DNA from: an uncultured Gemmatimonadales bacterium
GTDB lineage: Bacteria; Gemmatimonadota; Gemmatimonadetes; Longimicrobiales; Gaopeijiaceae
Reading direction: 5' to 3'
Assembly (NCBI GenBank): GCA_963809895.1
Contig: CAWELD010000003.1
Coordinates: 800,001-864,000 of the forward strand
DNA: 64,000 nt
The position numbers and the translations under genes were made by a program. The notes below the pieces were generated by a model that did not search any database, was not told the origin of the DNA, and saw nothing but the letters and a program-made list of their open reading frames with translations. Positions 40,633-52,244 of this stretch are shown in pieces. Within the stretch, counting starts at the first letter, position 1. Every line of letters starts with the position of its first letter.

Positions 40633-41228
40633 AGCATGTCCGGCACGAGATGGGGCAGGCCGTCCAGCAGTCGTCCTCTCAGCGTGCGGCGGGCCTTGTG
40701 GAGGTGGGCGCGCACCGAGACTGCCTCGATACCCAGGAGCTCGCCCACCTCCCGGGCGTTGTAGCCCTGCAGCTCCACCAGGTCGAAAACCTCGCGCTGC
40801 CGATCCGGTAGCTCCCGGAACAGCGTCTCCAGGGCCGCACCGAGGCGCTCGGCGTCCACGCGGTCGAGGGGCTCCAAGCTTCCGGCCTCGCCGAGAAGCG
40901 CCCGGGCGCCGTGCTCGGTGTCACGGCGGGCCCGGCGGCTGGCGCTGCGGTGGTGGTCACGGGCGACGCTGCGGGTCACGGTATAGAGCCAGGTGGTGAA
41001 GCGGGCCGAGGCCCGGTACGTGTGGAGGGAGCGGAGCATGCGCACCATGACATCCTGCGTGAGGTCGTCGGCCTCGGCCTCGTCGGGTGCCCAGCCCCGT
41101 GCCCAGCGTCTCACCAGGGGGTAGGTGCGCTCCACCAGCGCGCGCAGCCCGGCGGGATCGCCCGCCCGGGCCCGGCGCACCAACGCCGCATCGATGTCGT
41201 GGGCGCCGCCGGTCCGGGGCACGAGCAC
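40629..41228 (-). CDS. ECF sigma-70 factor
   Basis: ADDLTQDV, FTTWLYTVTR, LPDRQREVFDLVELQG, SVRAHLHKARR. Confidence 0.93.
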   Translation of the reverse strand: MLVPRTGGAHDIDAALVRRARAGDPAGLRALVERTYPLVRRWARGWAPDEAEADDLTQDVMVRMLRSLHTYRASARFTTWLYTVTRSVARDHHRSASRRARRDTEHGARALLGEAGSLEPLDRVDAERLGAALETLFRELPDRQREVFDLVELQGYNAREVGELLGIEAVSVRAHLHKARRTLRGRLLDGLPHLVPDML

Positions 41229-41327
41229 GTCCTTCCTGGTGTGGATTCGCCCCTGAGACGATGCGGGGGCGAGGAGCGTTTACCTCCGTTGAGTGGCGCG
41301 CCGCCGCCGGAGAGGCAAGGGCGCGGG

Positions 41328-41356
41328 TTGTGGGGGTGCGCCCGCACGGGCATCTT
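41328..41356 (+). promoter_or_regulatory. Possible leaderless promoter for the selenoprotein-hutH-hutU unit
   Basis: TTGTGG-N17-CATCTT ending 7 nt before ATG 41364; no Shine-Dalgarno. Confidence 0.35.
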
Positions 41357-41363
41357 CGCCGCC

Positions 41364-42017
41364 ATGGCGCACATCCCCTACGTTCCGTACGACGACGCCG
41401 ACGGGCTCCTGGCGGAGCACTACCGGCGCTACCGGGAGCCCCACGGCGGGGTGGATCACATCATCCGGATCCATTCCCTGAACCCGGCCTCCCTGGGCCA
41501 CCACTACCAGATGTACGCGCACCTGATGCGGGGGCGGTCGCCACTCACCCGGGTGCAGCGCGAGATGATCGCCGTGGCGGTATCGGCGGCCAACGACTGC
41601 TTCTACTGAATCAACCATCACGGAGCGGGCCTCCGTACGCTGCTGGATGACGACAGCCTGGCTCGGGCGCTGGCCACCGATCCGGACGGCGCCGAGCTGC
41701 CCGGCCAGGAGCGGGCGATGGTCGATTACGCGCTGAAGCTGACCCGCACGCCCGGCACCATCACAGCCGCCGACGTGGACCGGCTTCGCCAAGCGGGTTT
41801 CGAGGATCGGGCGGTGCTGGACATCGCTCAGGTCACCGCCTACTACAACTACGTGAACCGCCTGGCCGACGGCCTGGGCGTGGAGCTCGAGGACTACTGG
41901 ATGGACGAGGACATGACGCTGACGAGGGAGCAGTTCGAAGCGCTGCGTGGAGGGCATGGCGTAGCGGAGAGCGATCCCGAAGGCATGGCCTCGCCCGACG
42001 CTGGAGATGGCCCGTGA
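41364..42017 (+). CDS. AhpD/CMD-like peroxidase-related selenoprotein (217 aa, UGA=Sec at codon 82, CxxU)
   Basis: REMIAVAVSAANDCFY-TGA-INHHGAGL continues in frame into YALKLTRTP...AYYNYVNRLADGLG; the TGA sits at the second Cys of the NxCxYC motif. Confidence 0.88.
41620..41636 (+). promoter_or_regulatory. Bacterial SECIS-like hairpin
   Basis: ACGGAG-CGGGC-CTCCGT, a 17-nt stem-loop with a G-rich loop starting at the 11th nt after the UGA. Confidence 0.7.
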
Positions 42018-43600
42018 CTCCCACTGGCGTGATCCTCACCGGCAGCTCCCTGACGCTGGACCAGGTGGGGGCGGTGGCGCACCGGCGGGCCGGTCCCGTG
42101 AGCCTGGGCTACGGCGCGCGCGACGCCGTGGTGCGCGCTCGGGAGCAGGTGGAGCGTGCCGTGGAAGCGGGTGAGCGCATCTACGGCGTGACCACCGGAT
42201 TCGGGCGACTGGCCGAGGTCGTCATCTCACCCGAGCAGCGCACGACGCTGCAGCTCAACCTGCTGCGCAGTCATGCGGTGGGCGTGGGCTCTCCGCTCCC
42301 CAGGGAGGCCGTGCGCGCCATCCTCCTGCTGCGGGCCAACGCCCTGGCCCGCGGGGCCTCGGGGGTGCGGCTGGAGGTGCTGGAGCACCTGCTCGAGCTT
42401 CTCAATCGGGGGATTCATCCGGTGGTGCCCGAGGCGGGCTCCGTAGGGGCCAGCGGAGATCTGGCGCCCCTGGCCCACGTCGCCCTGGCCCTGGTGGGTG
42501 AGGGCATGGTGGAGGTGGAAGGGACCGTCCGCCCCGCGAGCGAAGCCCTCGCCGACGCCGGACTCGCGCCCCTGACCCTCCAGGCCAAGGAGGGCCTGGC
42601 GCTCATCAACGGCACGCAGGCCACCACCGGCATGGGCATCCTGGCCTGGCTCCGGGCCCGGGCCGCGCTGGAGGCGGTGGAAGCGGCCGGCGCCATGTCG
42701 CTGGAGGCCCTCAAGGGTACCCCGGAGGCCTTCCGTGCCGAGGTCTCCGATCTGCGCCCCCATCCGGGCCAGACCGCCTCGGCGGCGACGCTCCGGCGCC
42801 TGTTGCGCGACTCCGAGATCCGGGAGTCCCACCGTGAGAACGATCCCCGCATCCAGGATGCCTATTCGCTCCGTTGCATGCCCCAGGTGCACGGCGCGGC
42901 CCGGCAGGCGTTGGCCTACGTGCGCGGGGTCCTGGAGACCGAAGCGAACAGCGTCACCGACAATCCCCTGATCCTCACCGACGCCGACGCGGTGGTGAGC
43001 GCCGGGAACTTCCACGCCCAGGTGGTGGCCCAGGCGCTGGACTTCGCCTGCATGGCACTGGCGGACCTGGCGGCCATCAGCGAGCGGCGCACCGAGCGTC
43101 TGCTCAATCCCGATCTGTCCCAGGGGCTGCCGGCTTTCCTGGCGCATCATCCCGGGCTGGAGTCGGGGCTCATGATCGCCCAGGTCACGGCCTGCGACCT
43201 GCTGGCCGAGCTCCGGGTGCTTGCGCATCCGGTCAGCGTGGACTCGGTGCCCACCAGCGCCAACCAGGAAGACCACATCTCCATGGGCATGGCGGCCGCC
43301 CGCAAGCTCACCCGCGGGGTGGGCTGCCTGGAATACGTGGTGGCGGTGGAGTTGCTGTGCGCGGCCCAGGGCCTCGAGTACCGACGACCGCTCAAGGCCG
43401 GCGTGGGCGCCGAGGCGGCCTACGGGCGGGTGCGGGAGGTCGCGGCGGCGCTGGACGGCGACCGCTCCCTCCATGACGAGCTCGAGCGGCTGGCGGCGCG
43501 GGTGCGGGTGGGGGACTTCCGCATCGCCGCGCTGGATCCCAGCGGAGAGCCGCCCCCACCCGACACCCCCTCCCACGACGACGTGCATCGGCCCGGCTGA
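42014..43600 (+). CDS. hutH: Histidine ammonia-lyase
   Basis: [17 protein letters not shown] (MIO-forming ASG), [29 protein letters not shown]. Confidence 0.97.
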   Translation: MTPTGVILTGSSLTLDQVGAVAHRRAGPVSLGYGARDAVVRAREQVERAVEAGERIYGVTTGFGRLAEVVISPEQRTTLQLNLLRSHAVGVGSPLPREAVRAILLLRANALARGASGVRLEVLEHLLELLNRGIHPVVPEAGSVGASGDLAPLAHVALALVGEGMVEVEGTVRPASEALADAGLAPLTLQAKEGLALINGTQATTGMGILAWLRARAALEAVEAAGAMSLEALKGTPEAFRAEVSDLRPHPGQTASAATLRRLLRDSEIRESHRENDPRIQDAYSLRCMPQVHGAARQALAYVRGVLETEANSVTDNPLILTDADAVVSAGNFHAQVVAQALDFACMALADLAAISERRTERLLNPDLSQGLPAFLAHHPGLESGLMIAQVTACDLLAELRVLAHPVSVDSVPTSANQEDHISMGMAAARKLTRGVGCLEYVVAVELLCAAQGLEYRRPLKAGVGAEAAYGRVREVAAALDGDRSLHDELERLAARVRVGDFRIAALDPSGEPPPPDTPSHDDVHRPG

Positions 43601-43646
43601 GCGCCGGGTCGCGCTGGCCTTTCACACGGACGATCCGAGATCCACC

Positions 43647-45323
<1,677 letters not shown>

Positions 45324-45362
45324 GAGGGCCGCCGACCCCACGGCGGCGCCGCCCGGGAACGG

Positions 45363-46773
45363 TCAGCGGCCCGCGCGGCGCCCGAGCGCCTCCAGCACCT
45401 CGCGGTACCGGGCCGCCACTTCCTCCTGCCGGGGGTGGCGGCCCTCTGCCACCACCTGGCGACCGCCGACCCAGACCTCCGACACCGGGGTGTCGTTGCC
45501 GCTGAAGACCCAGCCGTCCAGGAGCTGGTCGCCGTCCAGGCCCGCCAGCGCGGGATGCTCGGGGTCCAGGACGACCCAGTCCGCGCGATGGCCCGCTGCC
45601 AGCGCCCCGAGCTTCCGTCCCGAGGCCTGGGCGCCGCCCTGCCAGGCGCCCTCCAGGAGCACGCGCCCCGTGGAGCGCTCCGCCGGTCCCGCGGCCACGT
45701 TGCGGGCGCGGGTCCAGCAGGCGCTGGCCGTATTCCAGCCAACGGAGCTCCTCGATCGGGCTGACCGAGACGTGGCTGTCCGAGCCCACGCCCCAGCGTC
45801 CGCCCACCTCCAGATAGTCGGCGAGGCGGAAGAGCCCGTCACCCAGATTGGCTTCGGTGGTCGGACACAGGCCCGCCACCGCGCCGGAGCGGGCGAGCCC
45901 GGCGACCTCGGCGTCGTCCATGTGGGTGGCGTGGACGAGGCACCAGGTGGCGTCCACCGACGCGTGCTCGAGGAGCCACGCCACCGGGCGCTGGTCCGAC
46001 CAGGCCAGGCAGGCCTCGACCTCTCTCTGCTGTTCCGCCACGTGGATGTGGACGGGACCTTCGAGGTCGCGCGCCCGCCAGGCCTCCAGGACGCGGGCGA
46101 GGGCGTCGGGAGGGACGGCACGGAGCGAATGGAAGGCGAGTCCCGCCCGGGTGTCGGCATGCGCGGACGTGGCGGCGACGGTGGCATCCAGGAGCCCGAG
46201 GTAGGCGTCCTCGTCCAGAACGAAGCGCCGTTGTCCCTCGCCCGGCTCGGCGCCCCCGAAGTCCGAGGTGCGGTACAACACCGGCAACAGCGTCATCCCC
46301 AGGCCCGCCTGGCGCGCGGCGCGCAGCACCTGGAGCGCCATCTCGGCGGGATCGGCATACGCCGCCCCTGCGGGATCCAGGTGCAGGTAGTGGAACTCGC
46401 AGATCGAGGTGTAGCCGTGCCGGAGGAGCTCCACGTAGAGCTGTTCCGCCACCGCACCGACGTCGTCGGGCGTCAGCACGCCGAGGAACGCGTACATCCG
46501 CTCCCGCCAGCTCCAGAAGCTGTCGCCCGCCCGGGATCCGCGCTCGGTGCGGCCCGCGAGGGCGCGTTGGAAGGCGTGGGAGTGGAGGTTGGGGATCCCC
46601 GGGACCACGACGCCCGGGAGCCCGGTCTCCGTCGCCGGCCCGGAATCCCTCCGATCCGTCGCTGCGGAGCTTCGGGCGACCCCCGTGATCTCGCCGGCGT
46701 CGTCCACCGTCAGTCGGACGTCCCGGGCCCAGCCGTCGGGGAGAAGGGCGAGGGGCGCGCGGTAGTGATGCAT
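45363..46773 (-). CDS. hutF: Formimidoylglutamate deiminase (one extra base at 45714-45715)
   Basis: NLHSHAFQRALAG, FWSWRERMY, EFHYLH, CPTTEANLGDG, ELRWLEYGQRL; C-terminus continues in the frame ending at 45363 (RNV...GHRADWVVLD). Confidence 0.92.
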
Positions 46774-46781
46774 GGGGCGCG

Positions 46782-46811
46782 AGTCTAGATTGCCCGGCGC
46801 ACGTCCGTCAA
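46782..46811 (-). promoter_or_regulatory. Probable near-leaderless promoter of hutF
   Basis: Minus-strand TTGACG-N18-TAGACT ending 8 nt before the hutF ATG; overlaps a plus-strand TAGATT facing hutI. Confidence 0.5.
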
Positions 46812-46831
46812 CCGAGCACCGGAGCGACTCC

Positions 46832-48079
46832 GTGACCGACCCCACCTGGGACACGCTGTGGATCGACGCGAACCTGGCCACCATGGATCCGGCGGCCGGG
46901 GGCGACGGAAGCGTGAGACGGGGTGCGCTGGCGGCGCGCGATGGGCGAATCGCATGGGTGGGCGTCGAGGAGGAGCTTCCCGGAGATCCGCGCGCCCTCG
47001 CCCGCGAAGTACGGTCCGTGGGGGGCGCCTGGATCACCCCCGGCCTCGTGGACTGCCACACGCACGCGGTCTTCGGGGGGCAGCGGGCGGGCGAATTCGA
47101 AGCCCGTCTCGCCGGGACCTCCTACGAGGACATCGCCCGAGCCGGCGGCGGAATCCTCTCGACGGTACGCGCGACCCGTGCCGCCACAGAGGAGGAGCTG
47201 GAGCGCACGGCGCTGGCCAGGCTCGGCGATCTGGCGGCCGACGGAGTCACCACCGCCGAGATCAAGTCCGGCTACGACCTCACGGTGGAAGGCGAGCTGC
47301 GCATGCTGCGCGTCGCGCGTCGGCTGGGTGAGCGCGGCCTCCTGGAGATCCGCACCACCCTGTTGGGACTCCACGTGGTTCCGCCCGAGTATGGAGAGGA
47401 TCGCGGGGAGTGGGTGCGCGCGGTAGCCGACGTGCTGGTTCCGCGGGCGGCCGACGAAGGGCTGGCGGATCAGGTCGACGCCTTCCTGGAGGGAATCGCC
47501 TTCAGCGCCGAGGAGTGTGCCCCGGTGATGGCGTCGGCCCGGAGGCACGGCCTGGGCGTGCGACTGCACGCGGATCAGCTCGAGGACGGGGGTGGCGCGG
47601 CGGCGGCGGCGGCCATGGGGGCGCGCTCCGCCGATCACCTGGAGCACGCGTCGGAAGAGGGGATCGCCGCCATGGCGAAGGCCGGCACGGTGGCCGTCCT
47701 GCTCCCCGGTGCCTACCACACACTCCGGCAGACCACGCCTCCGCCCGTGGAGCTCTTCCGCAAGCACGGGGTGCCCATGGCCGTGGCCACCGATCTCAAC
47801 CCGGGCACGGCGCCGGTGCGCTCGCTGCGTCTGGCCATGAACCTGGCCTGCGTGCGCTTCGGGCTGACGCCCACGGAGGCGCTGGCCGGTGCGACGCGGA
47901 CGGCGGCGCGGGTGTTGGGGCTCGAAGATCGCGGCCGACTGGAGGTCGGGCTACGAGCGGACCTGGTGGTGTGGGACGTCGAGGAGCTCGCGGAGCTGTG
48001 CTACTGGCTGGGAGGAAGCCTCGTGAGGGAGCGCGTCCTGGCGGGGGTCGGGGTGGGGGCCCGCGACTCTGGTTCCTGA
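46832..48079 (+). CDS. hutI: Imidazolonepropionase
   Basis: PGLVDCHTH, GGGILSTVRATR, EIKSGY, LHADQL, SADHLE, ATDLNPG. Confidence 0.97.
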   Translation: MTDPTWDTLWIDANLATMDPAAGGDGSVRRGALAARDGRIAWVGVEEELPGDPRALAREVRSVGGAWITPGLVDCHTHAVFGGQRAGEFEARLAGTSYEDIARAGGGILSTVRATRAATEEELERTALARLGDLAADGVTTAEIKSGYDLTVEGELRMLRVARRLGERGLLEIRTTLLGLHVVPPEYGEDRGEWVRAVADVLVPRAADEGLADQVDAFLEGIAFSAEECAPVMASARRHGLGVRLHADQLEDGGGAAAAAAMGARSADHLEHASEEGIAAMAKAGTVAVLLPGAYHTLRQTTPPPVELFRKHGVPMAVATDLNPGTAPVRSLRLAMNLACVRFGLTPTEALAGATRTAARVLGLEDRGRLEVGLRADLVVWDVEELAELCYWLGGSLVRERVLAGVGVGARDSGS

Positions 48080-48144
48080 AAACCCGAAAGGGCCGACACC
48101 GGAGAACCGGCGCCGACCCCTTCCATGCCGTCCGAAGCCGTGCT

Positions 48145-49603
48145 TCAGGCCCCCCCTCCGACCGGCTTGCGAACGGTGGGCCTTCTGGTCGTCGTGGCCG
48201 AGCCGCCGCCACCGGACCGTGCCGGCGGCCTCTTGACCGCGCTGCCCCCGCCACCCGTGCGCTTGACGGGCTTGCTACGGATCACCGGCTTGCTGGTCCC
48301 GCCGCTGCGTTGCGTGGGGCGGGCCGTGGGCCGGGTGGTCGTGGGCCGCCGGATCACCGGTTTGCTGGTCGGCCGGCGGGTCGGACCGGCCGTGGCCGGG
48401 GTGCCGCCGGACGGAGGCCGGATCACCGGACGGCGCCGGGTCTCGGTGGGGCCGTTGGTGCGCTGGGTCGGCCGAGTCGGCGTGGCCGTCGACGGACGCC
48501 TGGGCGCCGTGGTCGAGCCGCGCACGCCCAACGACGGACGCGTGGGCGCGGCCGCTCCGCGGTCGGGCGCCCGGGTCTCGGGGCGGTCGTCACCGCGCAA
48601 CAGCGAGCTGGGACGACGTGCCGTCGACGGACGCTGCGGGGGCGTGGCCCGGGTCACGGTGGGACGGGCTCGTCCAGGGGTCCCGGAACCCTCGCGGGCA
48701 GCGTCCGACGGGCGGAGCCGCACCGTGGCCGGGGCCGACCGGGACGCGCCGGGGCTCCCGGTGCGCGTGGTCGGACGTGTCGGCACCGCGGTGGGCGCGT
48801 CACGACGGGCCGCGGGAGAGCCGATGGCCGTCGGCCGATCCGGACGGGCCATGCTCGTGGGCGCGCCGCGTCGGATGTCACCGGGCTCGGAAGGCGCGCC
48901 CGCACCGGTGCGGGGAGCCGGCGACGCCACCCCCCGTCCACGCGGGATTGCCGACTGGCCGCCACCGTCGCGGGCGGCTTCCTTGTAGTCCGTGCCACGG
49001 TAGAACGGTGACGCGTAGCGCTGCCCGGACCAGCCGTAGCGGGACCCGCCGTTGTTGTTCACGACGACCACGCTGGTGGGACCGTAGTACCCGACGGGAC
49101 CCCACGGGTCGTAGCCGAAGAACGGACCCCAGGGATCCCACAGGGGCTGAACGCGGATGGCCTGATACCAGCGCTGGCGCCAGCTATTGCGGTGCTGCCA
49201 GAAGAGGAGCTGCGCGTGGAAGGCGTGGTAGGCGTGGGGAGAGCCACCCAGGATGCAGTCGTTGTACCACCCCGAATTCAGGACGCCGGGCCCCCAGTAC
49301 GGCGTGGGACCCCACCCCCCGCATGTACCCGAAGCCGGAGCCGTACCCGTAGGGCGGCACCGGTCCGTACGAGCACCACGCGGAGGACGCGTACGGGTCA
49401 CCGTAATAGCCGTCGTCGTAGTACCCGGTGTCGTAGTACCCGTCGGAATAGCCGTCCCAGGCGCTCACACCGAACCCGAAGGAGACCCCGTCGAAGAGCC
49501 CCCCGACCCCGAAGGAGAAGCCCGACACCTGTGCCGACCCCGCGGCCGGCACGGCCAGACCCGCGAGTAGCGCCAGGGCTCCCACGCTCAGCTTCCTGCT
49601 CAC
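48145..49603 (-). CDS. Secreted Tyr/Trp/Gly-rich protein with long Pro/Arg/Thr-rich disordered tail (one extra base in the C6 run at 49315-49320)
   Basis: GGGAGG RBS plus GTG; signal peptide (AGSA-Q); the two frames join as GYMRG-WGPTPYWG. Confidence 0.7.
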
Positions 49604-49812
49604 GATAACCTCCCGTTGGGGTGTGCTGCCCCTCATTCGAAGCACGGACTGTGCCACCTGGCGAGGCCGCGTCCAGATTCCGCGGAATGTCGCACCGTCC
49701 GGGGCGAATGGCCCGCGGCGGCGTCCCCGTGTCACACCCCGGTGTCCGGTTCAGAGGACAGGCCTGTCCGGGCACGAAGGACGCTCGGCGCCAGCCCCAG
49801 TGCCCGAGTGCC

Positions 49813-49971
49813 TCAGCCGCTCACCGCCCGCAAGACCAGCCAGACCACGACGAGGAAGATGAAGGGGGCGGCGGTGAGGACGAGCTTGCTCACGGTGCCG
49901 GCTTCCTGCTCGTCATCCTCGGAGGGCCCGGAACCCTCACCGGAAGCGGGGGGTCGGTCCGTCACGGACAC
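49813..49971 (-). CDS. Small single-TM protein (52 aa)
   Basis: GGGAGG RBS plus GTG; acidic N-terminus, then LVLTAAPFIFLVVVWLVL. Confidence 0.55.
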   Translation of the reverse strand: MSVTDRPPASGEGSGPSEDDEQEAGTVSKLVLTAAPFIFLVVVWLVLRAVSG

Positions 49972-50163
49972 GCCCTCCCTGAGCGCCGAGCGAAGGCGGT
50001 CCGGCGGGCGCGCCGCAGGGTCGGGACGGAGCCCGGGGGAAACCATCGCGAGGGGTTTGGCGTACAAGTCATGTGAGTGCGTTCTGTTGGCGCCCCGGGC
50101 CGAAGACCTTGCCGTCACGGTCCGAACGTGGAAGATTCAAGAACGTTTTCCGGGCTCCCCATT

Positions 50164-50322
50164 CCGGAGTCCGAGTCCCCCCGATCAGGGACCCGCCGCG
50201 GCCCGGCCGCGAGCAGGGGTTGAAGATGGGCCTCCTCAGCATGGAGCGCCACCGACCGTGATCGTCGGGGTTCACCCGCTCGAGCTGTAGGACCGCGTGT
50301 GCCCGTGGGCTGCGGACTTCGG
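50164..50322 (+). ncRNA. Structured RNA candidate (possible divergent 6S RNA or rho leader)
   Basis: Nested pairings CCGGAGTCCG/CGGACTTCGG, CGCGG/CCGCG, CGAGC/GCTCG and TGAA/TTCA around two apical hairpins; no convincing ORF. Confidence 0.5.
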
Positions 50323-50456
50323 TATTCCTCGAAGCCCTCGCTCCCGGGCCCCCTCCCGAGGGTCGGTCCGCTCGTGCGTTCAAGCCAGGCCGGACCGGCA
50401 AGAGTGCCGCGTCCGGGCGAAACGAGTCCCCTCATGACGCGAGACAGCGACCGAAC

Positions 50457-51599
50457 GTGAACGACGACACCCCCCTGGGAATCCTGGAGGTACTCGGAGG
50501 CGGCTCCGGGTTCATCCGGCGCAAGGACGCCGGGTACGTTCCCAGCAAGGACGACATCTACGTGGGATCCCGGGTCATCAACAAGTTCGGGCTCCGCACG
50601 GGCGACGAGCTCGCCGGCGACGTGGGCAAGCGCCCCAAGAGCGGCAAGAGCCCGCCCCTGACCCACCTGCGTCAGGCGAACGGCCGTCCCCCCGAAGAGG
50701 CCAAGAACCGGCCCGACTTCAACCGGCTGAGCGCCATGCACCCCGACGAGCAGCTCAAGCTCGAGTGTGGGCGCACCGTGGCCGGCCATGCCGACGCCAC
50801 CAACCGGGTCATCGACCTCTTCTGTCCCTTCGGCAAGGGCCAGCGCGCCATGATCGTGGCGCCCGCCAAGGCGGGAAAGACCATGGTCCTGCAGTCGGTC
50901 GCCGAAGGTATCGTCACCAACCACTCCGAGTGCGTCCTGTACATCCTCCTGGTGGACGAGCGTCCCGAGGAGGTCACGGAGATGGAGGCGTGCGGATTCG
51001 GTGAGGTCATCGCCTCCACCTTCGATCGCACCGCCGAGCGCCACTGTCAGGTGGCGGAGATGACGCTGGAACGGGCGCGCCGGCGGGTGGAGCAGGGCGA
51101 TGACGTCGTCATCATCCTGGACTCCATCACCCGACTCGCGCGGGCCTACAACACGGTGGAGGAGGGAAGCGGGCGCACGTTGTCCGGCGGCCTGGACGCC
51201 CAGTCGCTGGAGAAGCCGAAGCGCTTCCTGGGCAGCGCCCGCAAGATCGCCAACGACCAGGGCGGCGGCTCGCTCACCATCATCGCCACCGCGTTGGTGG
51301 ACACGGGCAGCCGCATGGACCAGGTCATCTTCGAGGAGTTCAAGGGCACCGGGAACAGCGAGCTCGTGCTCTCGCGCGAACTGGCGGATCGCAGGATCTA
51401 CCCGGCCATCGACCTGGCGGCGTCGGCCACCCGCAAAGAGGAGCTCCTGCTCAGCTCCGACGCCCTGGATCTGTCCCGGGCGCTGCGGCGTCAGCTCGCC
51501 GGGATCGGCACCGCCGACGCCATGACCGAGCTGTTGGGCGTCATGAAGCGCATGCCGACCAATCAGGAGTTGATCGACTACTACAAGCAGCGCGTCTGA
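50457..51599 (+). CDS. rho: Transcription termination factor Rho (short form)
   Basis: GILEV...GFIR...DDIYV RNA-binding barrel; GKGQR, APAKAGKT, DERPEEVT, DSITRLARAYN, FEEFKGTGN. Confidence 0.95.
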   Translation: MNDDTPLGILEVLGGGSGFIRRKDAGYVPSKDDIYVGSRVINKFGLRTGDELAGDVGKRPKSGKSPPLTHLRQANGRPPEEAKNRPDFNRLSAMHPDEQLKLECGRTVAGHADATNRVIDLFCPFGKGQRAMIVAPAKAGKTMVLQSVAEGIVTNHSECVLYILLVDERPEEVTEMEACGFGEVIASTFDRTAERHCQVAEMTLERARRRVEQGDDVVIILDSITRLARAYNTVEEGSGRTLSGGLDAQSLEKPKRFLGSARKIANDQGGGSLTIIATALVDTGSRMDQVIFEEFKGTGNSELVLSRELADRRIYPAIDLAASATRKEELLLSSDALDLSRALRRQLAGIGTADAMTELLGVMKRMPTNQELIDYYKQRV

Positions 51600-51613
51600 T
51601 CCCCGTCGCGGAG

Positions 51614-51633
51614 CCGGAGGTCCACGCCTCCGG
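51614..51633. terminator. GC-rich hairpin between convergent genes
   Basis: CCGGAGG-TCCACG-CCTCCGG; no U-tract. Confidence 0.3.
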
Positions 51634-51647
51634 ATCCGGACGTCGGC

Positions 51648-52244
51648 TCAGGAGCCGGGATCAGGAGGCGACGCGCTCGCCGTGTCCCCTCTCGTCGTGA
51701 ACGGGGGGGCGTCGTGGACCGACACGCCGCTCTCCACCAGGCTCAGCAGGTGCTCCAGGTCCTTCGCCATCTCGGAGCCCTGCATGCGGTTCATGCCCAG
51801 CGCCATGTAGGCGAGGAACGGGTTCCAGCCGAAATCGCCCTCCTCGGTCCACACCAGGCGCGTGCCCCCCGAGCCCGTGGCTTCGAGCTCCACCGAGCCG
51901 TGGGTCACCAGCGATCCCTCCTCCACGCGCACCTCGTACGCCACCCTCCGTGGGGGTTCGCTCTCGGTGAGGACCCACTCGCCCTGACCCCACTGGGGAT
52001 CGTCCCAGCTCCGTGTCGCTCCCACGCCTCCATCGGGCCCCGAGACCGTGGCGTCGACCTGGTCCCACGGGGTGAAGGCAGCCCAGCCGTCCAGGGAATT
52101 GACCCACGGGAACACGGCGGCCGGCGGCGCCGGGAGCTCCACGGTGCGCTCCGCGTGCCACGTTCCGGGCAGGGCGAGGCCGATGCCCACCAGGGTCAGG
52201 AGAAGGAGGGCGACGGCGGTGATGAAGATCTTCAGGGGCTTCAC
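51648..52244 (-). CDS. SRPBCC (polyketide cyclase/START-like) protein with N-terminal anchor
   Basis: ERTVELPAPPAAVFPWV...W..FTPW, GVGATRSW, GTRLVWTE; GTGA-coupled to the arylesterase. Confidence 0.88.
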   Translation of the reverse strand: MKPLKIFITAVALLLLTLVGIGLALPGTWHAERTVELPAPPAAVFPWVNSLDGWAAFTPWDQVDATVSGPDGGVGATRSWDDPQWGQGEWVLTESEPPRRVAYEVRVEEGSLVTHGSVELEATGSGGTRLVWTEEGDFGWNPFLAYMALGMNRMQGSEMAKDLEHLLSLVESGVSVHDAPPFTTRGDTASASPPDPGS

